Shown here in pieces: positions 56,454 through 64,000 of a DNA stretch of 64,000 nucleotides. Under the pieces are notes generated by a model. The model saw only the letters and a list, made by a program, of their open reading frames with translations, was not told the DNA's origin and made no database searches. The stretch covers positions 3,219-67,218 of the forward strand of contig CAVILQ010000003.1 of the NCBI GenBank assembly GCA_963643715.1, read 5' to 3'. A program made the position numbers and the translations under genes. Positions within the stretch are counted from its first letter, which is position 1. Every line of letters begins with the position of its first letter. This stretch comes from a bacterium (GTDB taxonomy: Bacteria > Bacillota_I > Bacilli_A > RFN20 > CAG-288).

Positions 56454-58163
56454 TTAGTACATACAAAGTATGTTTTTGATTTCAGAAAGAAACGTCCCGC
56501 TCTTCTTCTCAAAGAAATTGAAAACATCATTGATATCTTTGTTCCAAGAAGATAAATCCTCTTCTTTTTGTCCCCATCTTAAAGACGAATAATTGTGATA
56601 AGGTCTAACCTCATCAATCATTCTGTTCATTGTGTTCATACAATTGTATGGTGAAAGAATTGTATTCACTAATTCGGATGCTCGATTGTATAAAGCATCA
56701 CGGAAAGATTGATTTGACATCAGTTTCTGAAAGAGAGGAAATTTGCAATACGCATTTGCGTGATACGGATACAAAGGATTCTGATAACTAGTGAAAGCAA
56801 AATCTGTATCGTGAAGAACGAATCTGAATTTTCCATCCTCATATTCGTTATCATCGTTTGCTTCTTGAACTGTCCACATCTTGAGATTATTGAAATTTCC
56901 AATGAAATCCCAATTTCCAGAATAAGCGTGTGCAAGAATGACGTCTAGGAAAGAATGAATATCTAAATACTTGTCAATGAATTGCTGATACACAGTATCA
57001 TTGCTGAAATCATTGTTTGATAGATAGGATTCCATTTCATTCAACTTCGTGATTCCAACCGTTTCATCCCCTTCATCAACAGACCAAGTTCCTTTTAAAT
57101 CGTAGGTGATTACATTATCTTTATCGACATCATAGTTGTTTTCAAAATAGACATCCTTATATTGCTCACGAATCGACATAATTCCCCAGTACTCTCCGTT
57201 TATATAGACAACTGCTGGGCGATAACCAGTGGTGGCCGCATAACCGTCCTTCATTATCTCTTGAAGAATGGCATCATTGATTCGTGTAGAAGATTCGAAA
57301 GCATTGCCTCCGTTATGAAGCCTTATCCTAGTGAGATTCGTCAGTCTTTTTGTGCTATCAGATCTCATAGTTCGATTTTCAAAGACATGCTCTTTTACTT
57401 TATCATTCTTCTTTCCGTTTTCGTCCTTGTTGAAATTGAGATTCAATGTTCTTTGCGGATAACCTAAAGTCCAATTTCCACCTAGCTTAACTTGTGTGTT
57501 TCTGTAAAAGTATTCGTTATATTTGCTGTCGAAATATTCTAAGTCTGCTCTTTTACTGATGTCCTCTCTGATTTTGTTATAAAAACCATTATCACCCATA
57601 ATATCTTCATAGGGAAGGGACAATGAGATGACAGGAATATCGATGTTTTCTGTTACCTTATCAGAGATGATATAGGTTAATGATCTTTTGAATACCGTTT
57701 GCTTTGTCTCTTTATCGATCACAGCGATTTTAACGACAGGCTGCTTGTCAAACAAGACATAATTTCCAGTCTTCTGAATGTTATTGATGTAAGTGTCAGA
57801 AACGCATTTTCCTTCTGTATCATCCGAAAGAATCGCGTCAACAGACTTGGTTACTGGATAGTTAGCGATGTTATTTGTTGAAGATTTGTTCACCGTGAAG
57901 GGCTTTTCGTATAATGTCATCGCTGAAACATCTGAATTGTCATAATTCAGACTATAGTAAAGCTCTAGATCGTCATCGATAGAGAAGGATAAAGTCTGTT
58001 CAGTAGAATAATATTCAGGCATCTTTGAAATGTAGATTCCAGAATATAATTCCGTATAACCGTTAGGTATGGCCTTAGTATCAGCACTGCTATTAAACAC
58101 AAAACCGGACATTAGCGATAATGTCGTTAGAGGATAAATTAGAAAACCCTTGATCTTTTTCAT
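56454..58163 (-). CDS. CotH kinase family protein (secreted)
   Basis: Signal peptide; CotH-like YINGEYWGIMSIREQ (cf. LYINGEYxGLY) and HDTDFAF (cf. WDxDxSFG); 569 aa. Confidence 0.6.
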   Translation of the reverse strand: MKKIKGFLIYPLTTLSLMSGFVFNSSADTKAIPNGYTELYSGIYISKMPEYYSTEQTLSFSIDDDLELYYSLNYDNSDVSAMTLYEKPFTVNKSSTNNIANYPVTKSVDAILSDDTEGKCVSDTYINNIQKTGNYVLFDKQPVVKIAVIDKETKQTVFKRSLTYIISDKVTENIDIPVISLSLPYEDIMGDNGFYNKIREDISKRADLEYFDSKYNEYFYRNTQVKLGGNWTLGYPQRTLNLNFNKDENGKKNDKVKEHVFENRTMRSDSTKRLTNLTRIRLHNGGNAFESSTRINDAILQEIMKDGYAATTGYRPAVVYINGEYWGIMSIREQYKDVYFENNYDVDKDNVITYDLKGTWSVDEGDETVGITKLNEMESYLSNNDFSNDTVYQQFIDKYLDIHSFLDVILAHAYSGNWDFIGNFNNLKMWTVQEANDDNEYEDGKFRFVLHDTDFAFTSYQNPLYPYHANAYCKFPLFQKLMSNQSFRDALYNRASELVNTILSPYNCMNTMNRMIDEVRPYHNYSSLRWGQKEEDLSSWNKDINDVFNFFEKKSGTFLSEIKNILCMY

Positions 58164-58306
58164 AAACTATCTCCTTCAAATTCATTGTAAGGTATGACCA
58201 ATGGTTTTAAAAAACAATATTTTTAATGAGAGAAAATTTATGAAATGAAACATCAAAAAGAAAAAATGATATCATTAAAAGGAATGAAAAATGAAGAGGT
58301 GCCAAT

Positions 58307-58912
58307 ATGAAATGGAAAGTATCATCGATTGATAAAGAAACAAACCATCGTTTTCTGAATTTCTACACGGTTCACTTTAAAGTGGATAATGAAGGGACTG
58401 AGAAAGATTACACATACTTTCTTGCTTCTAGAAACGAGGAAGAGAAGAACCTAAGAATAAACAGAGAAGAATACGATAGACCGGATGCCGTATTGATTGG
58501 ATGCTATCAGATAATCAATGGGGAATTATATCTCCTTCTTGAGAAACAGTTCAGACCGGCATTGAACCGTGAGGTCATCTCATTCCCAGCTGGATTGATG
58601 GATAAAGAAGACAAAGATATTATGGAGACGGCAAAAAGAGAAGTGAAAGAAGAAACAGGATACGAAGTTTCTGATATCGAAATGCTGCTCCCTCCTTCTC
58701 CGACATCAGAAGGATTATCAGATGAATGCAATGCGGTTGTCCTTGCAAAATTAGAAAAGAAAGGAACAGACGATAAAGAAGAATTTGAAGACATCGATTC
58801 CTTGTTATGTTCGTCTTCGAAGGTCAAAGAGATGCTGAATGATAAAGACTGCCTTTTCTCCAATTCAGCAAGGCTTCTCATTCTGTATCTTTTAGAACGA
58901 TTCAATAATTAG
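58307..58912 (+). CDS. NUDIX hydrolase (ADP-ribose pyrophosphatase-like)
   Basis: Nudix box GLMDKEDKDIMETAKREVKEETGYEV. Confidence 0.8.
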   Translation: MKWKVSSIDKETNHRFLNFYTVHFKVDNEGTEKDYTYFLASRNEEEKNLRINREEYDRPDAVLIGCYQIINGELYLLLEKQFRPALNREVISFPAGLMDKEDKDIMETAKREVKEETGYEVSDIEMLLPPSPTSEGLSDECNAVVLAKLEKKGTDDKEEFEDIDSLLCSSSKVKEMLNDKDCLFSNSARLLILYLLERFNN

Positions 58913-58919
58913 TTTTGTA

Positions 58920-60008
58920 TCAGATTCCTTTCGGTAGGATATACCCTTTCACTTCTTTTAAGAATCTTGGCATCCAAATACGATAGCCGTTATTGTTCGG
59001 ATGGATTAAATCAGGCTCTATGTAATCCATCCAGTTTTCATTTTTATCGAACATATCATCAAAAACATCTTCTGAATGAATTACAAAGACATTATCAAAT
59101 TCACAAACTATTTGTTCTAATTTACTATTATATTCATCCTCGACTTCTCTGAAATTAGTAAAGAGAGGAAAGTGACATACGCCTAGAAGATATATCTTTA
59201 CATCCTTTTTTGATTTCTTGATGATTTTGATAAAGTGACGACAATCATTTAATGTCTCCTCGTTTGTCTTTCCACAATGGACGTCGTTGAATCCTAGATT
59301 GACAATGATGCTCTCAGGTTGAGAGTTAATCACGAGTTGGTCGATGAACGGAATAAAATCACAGAATCGAAAACCACCGATTCCATAATTTACAAGACTG
59401 TTCCCTTTGGAATAAACATCAGTCAAACTCCTTCCGTTTTCGTCATAATGCGTGTTGAGGAAATCAAAATAACTATCTCCGACAAACATGAAACGTACAT
59501 TCTTTCTTGTCTTAGAAAAACGAATCATGTCATGGATTCTTTTTTGGTTTGGATGAAGTGAAGTTAGTCTTTTTGCATTTCTGAATGCGGGAAGCAACAG
59601 CAAATCCAGGTCTTTTCCTTGGTAATCCTTGATAAAGGAAGTCCCTGCGAAATAACCAGCACAATAGCAGTCAGGCTTTCCATCTTTTAAAAAATAGAAG
59701 ACTCCATCCCCATAGATCCATTGTGTGACTTTGTAGTCATACATCCCTTCGTATAGGTATAAGGTGTCTCCAATTGGTCCGCCAACGGAGTCGCATGTGA
59801 TTGTAGATTCGGTGAAGTCCTGACATCCGTAACCTATCTTCTCAAATGATTTACCAGTGAATTCGACAGGACCTGTGTATATAGACCCTTCTTGGTATCG
59901 GATCTTAGCGATTCCTTTTGTTCCTGCTTTTAGCTCATCCTTTTCGGAAAGAAAGAAGAATACATCGTTTTGCATTTTCTCAAGATCAGCCTTTGTATAT
60001 AGTTTCAT
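58920..60008 (-). CDS. SGNH/GDSL-family hydrolase with N-terminal beta-rich domain
   Basis: Block I FMFVGDSYF, block III GFNDV, block V DLIHPNNNGY; start set to MKLYTKADL with GAGGAAA RBS. Confidence 0.6.
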   Translation of the reverse strand: MKLYTKADLEKMQNDVFFFLSEKDELKAGTKGIAKIRYQEGSIYTGPVEFTGKSFEKIGYGCQDFTESTITCDSVGGPIGDTLYLYEGMYDYKVTQWIYGDGVFYFLKDGKPDCYCAGYFAGTSFIKDYQGKDLDLLLLPAFRNAKRLTSLHPNQKRIHDMIRFSKTRKNVRFMFVGDSYFDFLNTHYDENGRSLTDVYSKGNSLVNYGIGGFRFCDFIPFIDQLVINSQPESIIVNLGFNDVHCGKTNEETLNDCRHFIKIIKKSKKDVKIYLLGVCHFPLFTNFREVEDEYNSKLEQIVCEFDNVFVIHSEDVFDDMFDKNENWMDYIEPDLIHPNNNGYRIWMPRFLKEVKGYILPKGI

Positions 60009-60178
60009 ATCGGTTTCCTCAATTGCATTTTCAATGATAGATGTATATCGGATGAAAAGCAATACGACAGGTTCCATTATAAATAACTCTCAAAAAGGAA
60101 TGTGAAGCCCTTATTTGAATTTAAAAATCAAGCCTATTATGCTAAAATCAAACAATAAGGAAAAAGAAATGGAAACGT

Positions 60179-63100
60179 ATGAATCAATATAAAAGAATCT
60201 TATTCGATAAGTCTATCTATGGCATAAATCTGTTAGAAGCAAGAAGTAGATTTCATTCCTATTCAAGCGAAGAGAACTTTAGTCAGGATAAGAGAGAGGA
60301 AGCAATTCTATCTGGAATATGGAAAGGGAAGTATTTTGAAGATTATCCAGAAAACATCGCGCCCTATCTAGATGAAAAATACGACATCGAACAGGAAAAA
60401 GATGTTGAAGTGCCTCTTTCCTGTGAATTGCAAGGGCTTGGCAAACCACAATATGTGAACACAGAATATCCATTTGATGGATACAATCATAATGCAACCG
60501 GCGAAGCGTTGAGCGTAAAGAATCCATGCATGGTGTATTGGAAAGACCTTGAACTGAATCTGTCAAACAATGAAAAATACATTTTGGATATCAAAGGATT
60601 TGAATCAGGTTTGTTTCTATATGTGAATGGAAAGAGTGTCGGTTACAGTGAGAACCTGTATCTCGATTCTGAATTTGATATCACACCTTATCTACAAAAC
60701 GGAAAGAATCGTTTAACACTTTTATGCTTTAAATATTCCTCATCAAGCTGGCTGTTGGACCAGGACTTTTTCCGCTTTATGGGATTGTTCCGTGATGTCA
60801 GTCTTTTCACGCTTCCCAAGAAACACGTTTATGATATTTTCATTGATACCGATGTTAAATTACAAAACCATACCGGTGAAGTCTCTTTAAAATTAGTCGG
60901 TGAATTAGAGAATACGACAAAGCAGGTAATCATCATCGATAATGAAGGGAAAACGATATTAGAGGATTCTTTCGAAGAAAATGAATGGAAAACAAATTTT
61001 TCCAACATTTCCCTTTGGAGTGCAGAAGAACCAAACTTGTATACGATGATTGTTAAGTTGAAGGAAGAAGAAAAGACAATTGAAATCATTGAGGAACATT
61101 TTGGATTCAAGAAAGTGGAAATTAAAGATGGACTTCTCTTGTTCAACGGAAAACGATTGATTGTAAAAGGCATCAATCGACATGAATGGAACCCGGATAG
61201 AGGAAGAAACGTGACTTTAGAAGATGTCGAATTTGATCGAGATTTCTTAAAGCAAAACAATGTGAATGCAATCAGAACTTCCCATTATCCAAACCGCAGC
61301 GAGTTTTATGAAATGAGTGATAAAGCAGGTTTTTATGTTGTTGATGAAGCATGTCTTGAATCTCATGGCGCAAATCTACAATATGACGGATGGATTACAG
61401 ATGATACACCGATTCCTGCAAGCAAAGAAGAATGGATTACGATATGCACTGAAAAGGTAAAAAGAATGTATCTTCGCGATAAAAATCATCCTTCCATTTT
61501 CATGTATAGTCTTGGAAATGAAGCAGGTAGAGGAGAAGTGTTCGCCAAAATGAGAGAAGCCCTGTTAAAGATGAATCCAAATCTAATCATTCATTATGAA
61601 GGATATAACCTATATCCGGAATGGTCTTTCTTAAGTGATGTCACATCTACAATGTATTTTAGACCAGAATGGATTCCGTCCCTTCTAGAAAAGTACCCCA
61701 ATAAACCCTATATACAATGCGAGTACGCTCATGCGATGGGAAATTCATGTGGCAATCTTGATGAATATCATGATTTGGTAAGAAAGTATCCGTCCTATCA
61801 GGGAGGATTCATTTGGGATTATATCGATCAAGGATTGTATTTTGATGGCGAAAAGAAATCAAATCTTCTTCATTTTGGCGGAGATTATTTAGACAAACCG
61901 AATGACCATGATTTCTGCTGCAATGGTGTGATATTTGCCGATAGAAAATACGCGCATCTCTCCTCGAAGGCATTAGCTATGAAACACCTTTATCAACCAC
62001 TCTATATCACAAGGAAAGATGACAAGATAACAATTGAAAACGAGCTTCTATTCACTACAAGTAAATATCGTCTTATCCTTTCCTATTTAATCAATGGAAT
62101 CAAAGAGGATGCATTAGATTCTGTAATTGAAATGAAACCCGGAGATACTTATTCCTTTGATGTTCCATCATGGACATATCATGAAAAAGATGATGTATCA
62201 ATTGCTGTTTCACTTTACCTATTAGAAGACCGACTTGGATTGCATAAAGGTGACGAAATCGCTTATCAGGATTTCGATATACAAAAGAAAACAAGAACAA
62301 CTCATTCAAAAGGAAACAACAAATTAAGAGTTGTAGATGGAAGGTACAATATTGGAGTCTCATGTGGAGATTTGTCTCTCTTGTTCTCAAAGGCAAATAT
62401 ATCATTTGCACCATCTGGACTAATCTCGATCAAATATAAGGATGAGGAATACTTGTCTCTTACTGCTTTACCAACTATATTCCGTGCAACAACGAACAAT
62501 GACCAGACAAACGATTTCCTTTCAAAAGCGAAACTTTGTTATTCTTACAGCCGCTTTATGACAGTAGATGTCAAAGAGACCACCTGGAAGGCGGATGATA
62601 ATTCCTTTGAGATTCGGATCCACTACCTTATGGATGAGATCAATAAAAAAGGAGTCTTTGTAACTTATACTGTGACAGAGGAACCTAATGTCCATATCAA
62701 ATTGGAGTATGAACCGTTGACTGGTGTAAAATCACTTGGTGAGTTTGGTCTTCACTTCTATCTTGCAAAAGATATTGAAAAACTTTCCTACTATGGAAGA
62801 TATCTAGAAAGCTATTCCGACAGAAAAGAAGGCAATAGGTTAGGGATCTATGACCTCGATATTGAAGACGGAAGAACAAAATACATCTATCCTCAGGAAA
62901 GCGGAAATAGAGAAGATACTCGTTACTTACAATTGAAAAACAAGCACACTTCACTTTTATTCTCCTACGACCAAAATTATTTCTCGTTCCACTTCCAAAA
63001 GTATTCTTCATTTAGTATTGATGATGCCAAACATGAAGAAGAACTCGGAGAAAGCAACTGCCATCATTTAGAATTATTAGGCTTGATGAGAGGTGTTGGC

Positions 63101-63202
63101 GGAGATGATTCCTGGGGTTCCCCTGTTCATCCACAATATGAGATTGATGGCACGATTCCTCATACGTTTGAGTTTGATTTGAAACCATTTAATGAAAGGT
63201 AA
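60179..63202 (+). CDS. lacZ: beta-galactosidase, glycoside hydrolase family 2 (LacZ-like)
   Basis: GH2 TIM-barrel motifs IRTSHYPNRSEFYEMSDKAGFYVVDEA, acid/base GNEAG, nucleophile region CEYAHAMGNS, GGFIWDYIDQ; 1007 aa. Confidence 0.9.
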   Translation: MNQYKRILFDKSIYGINLLEARSRFHSYSSEENFSQDKREEAILSGIWKGKYFEDYPENIAPYLDEKYDIEQEKDVEVPLSCELQGLGKPQYVNTEYPFDGYNHNATGEALSVKNPCMVYWKDLELNLSNNEKYILDIKGFESGLFLYVNGKSVGYSENLYLDSEFDITPYLQNGKNRLTLLCFKYSSSSWLLDQDFFRFMGLFRDVSLFTLPKKHVYDIFIDTDVKLQNHTGEVSLKLVGELENTTKQVIIIDNEGKTILEDSFEENEWKTNFSNISLWSAEEPNLYTMIVKLKEEEKTIEIIEEHFGFKKVEIKDGLLLFNGKRLIVKGINRHEWNPDRGRNVTLEDVEFDRDFLKQNNVNAIRTSHYPNRSEFYEMSDKAGFYVVDEACLESHGANLQYDGWITDDTPIPASKEEWITICTEKVKRMYLRDKNHPSIFMYSLGNEAGRGEVFAKMREALLKMNPNLIIHYEGYNLYPEWSFLSDVTSTMYFRPEWIPSLLEKYPNKPYIQCEYAHAMGNSCGNLDEYHDLVRKYPSYQGGFIWDYIDQGLYFDGEKKSNLLHFGGDYLDKPNDHDFCCNGVIFADRKYAHLSSKALAMKHLYQPLYITRKDDKITIENELLFTTSKYRLILSYLINGIKEDALDSVIEMKPGDTYSFDVPSWTYHEKDDVSIAVSLYLLEDRLGLHKGDEIAYQDFDIQKKTRTTHSKGNNKLRVVDGRYNIGVSCGDLSLLFSKANISFAPSGLISIKYKDEEYLSLTALPTIFRATTNNDQTNDFLSKAKLCYSYSRFMTVDVKETTWKADDNSFEIRIHYLMDEINKKGVFVTYTVTEEPNVHIKLEYEPLTGVKSLGEFGLHFYLAKDIEKLSYYGRYLESYSDRKEGNRLGIYDLDIEDGRTKYIYPQESGNREDTRYLQLKNKHTSLLFSYDQNYFSFHFQKYSSFSIDDAKHEEELGESNCHHLELLGLMRGVGGDDSWGSPVHPQYEIDGTIPHTFEFDLKPFNER

Positions 63203-63206
63203 AGAA

Positions 63207-64000
63207 ATGAAACAGTTATTTTACAAAGACTTAAGAATTGAACTTTTGTCTGAGCGAATCATCAGAATTGAAATGCAGTCGAATGGGAAGTTTGAGGATA
63301 GAGACACCTTCTTCATACCGAATCGAAATTTCTGTTCAGAGGATATTGAATACGTAACAAAGGAAACAAAGAAATATTTCTCGATAACTATTTCTGACTA
63401 TCAAATTCGAATCAATAAGAAAGAGAAAGGATTAAACGCTGTGTCTCTTTTTCGTGGAAGAAGAGAAGTCTATCATTACCATCGAATCAAGAATACTGGC
63501 GAACTACCTAGTCTGAATAAAACACCAGAAGTATTTCCGATTATGGATTTACCAAGGATTGTTGTTCCGAAACATGGCTATCATTATTCAGATGAAGTCA
63601 GTGAATCGGATGATTATGAAATAGATGAGAATGCATCTGATCTCTATCTTCTGCTTACAGATGGTGACTTTAGACTTTTAAGAAAACTGTATTTGGATAT
63701 CACAGGAAGACCAGAACTTCTAAGACTATCAACATTCGGATCTTGGAATTCAAAGTATTATCCCTATACACAGAAAGAAGCAGAAGAAATCATTCATGAC
63801 TATCAAAGATATGATGTTCCGCTCGATAATGTAGTGATTGATACCGATTGGAGAAAGATGAGCAATGGTATCGGTTATGATATCAACACAGACCTTTTCC
63901 CAGACATGGGTCAATATTTTAAAGTGGCTCATGAAAACAAAATCGAAATCATGTTCAACGACCATCCGGAACCGAGAAAAGAAGCGAAGAATCTATTGTC
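63207..64000 (+). CDS. glycoside hydrolase family 31 protein (alpha-glucosidase/alpha-xylosidase-like), 5' partial
   Basis: RYDVPLDNVVIDTDW...GYDINTDLFPD resembles the GH31 (I)P-D-x-W-D-D-Y segment; runs off window end. Confidence 0.65.
   Translation, partial: MKQLFYKDLRIELLSERIIRIEMQSNGKFEDRDTFFIPNRNFCSEDIEYVTKETKKYFSITISDYQIRINKKEKGLNAVSLFRGRREVYHYHRIKNTGELPSLNKTPEVFPIMDLPRIVVPKHGYHYSDEVSESDDYEIDENASDLYLLLTDGDFRLLRKLYLDITGRPELLRLSTFGSWNSKYYPYTQKEAEEIIHDYQRYDVPLDNVVIDTDWRKMSNGIGYDINTDLFPDMGQYFKVAHENKIEIMFNDHPEPRKEAKNLL

Noticed and set aside
56443-56466. TTG-initiated extension (MYVLKEKS) of the 54859 lipoprotein gene
   Set aside because: The downstream ATG (MKKNVLIL...) has an AAGGAG RBS and starts a proper lipoprotein signal peptide.
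1-64000. CRISPR arrays, rRNA genes, prophage or integrase/att sites
   Set aside because: No direct-repeat/spacer periodicity, rRNA-like conserved stretches, or integrase/recombinase ORFs were seen on either strand. The only mobile-element signature is the solo tnpB.

Overview
Low-GC (roughly 35-38%) Bacillota-type chromosomal window. Lipoproteins with Cys lipoboxes, rpoE (RNA polymerase delta), nrnA and the rlmB-sigH-like arrangement suggest a Mollicutes-related lineage such as Erysipelotrichia (inference).

Most of the window is housekeeping: pnp, ychF, ispF, argS, rpoE, nrnA, pgi, ispD, hpf, hslO, tal, two PepF (M3) and one M32 peptidase. A five-gene tRNA operon (Val-Tyr-Gln-Lys-Leu) sits on the minus strand.

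Accessory content:
- Two regulator-linked ABC export operons: TetR + 2 ATPases + a 794-aa permease, and ATPase + permease + GntR.
- A solo IS200/IS605-family tnpB next to the tRNA operon, with a possible omega-RNA region 3' of it.
- Several secreted lipoproteins that look like a nucleic-acid scavenging set: a tandem OB-fold lipoprotein, a 5'-nucleotidase/metallophosphatase lipoprotein, and a barnase-like RNase lipoprotein with no barstar nearby.
- A Flg_new-repeat lipoprotein, and a CotH-family protein beside a large lipoprotein.
- A four-gene unrecognised envelope cluster (33694-40164, minus strand) ending in a 1332-aa low-complexity TM-anchored protein. This is the best candidate for an undescribed system.
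- A GH2 beta-galactosidase / GH31 sugar-utilisation locus at the 3' end.

No CRISPR array, rRNA or prophage was seen. All calls rest on motifs read from the translations. No database search was possible.
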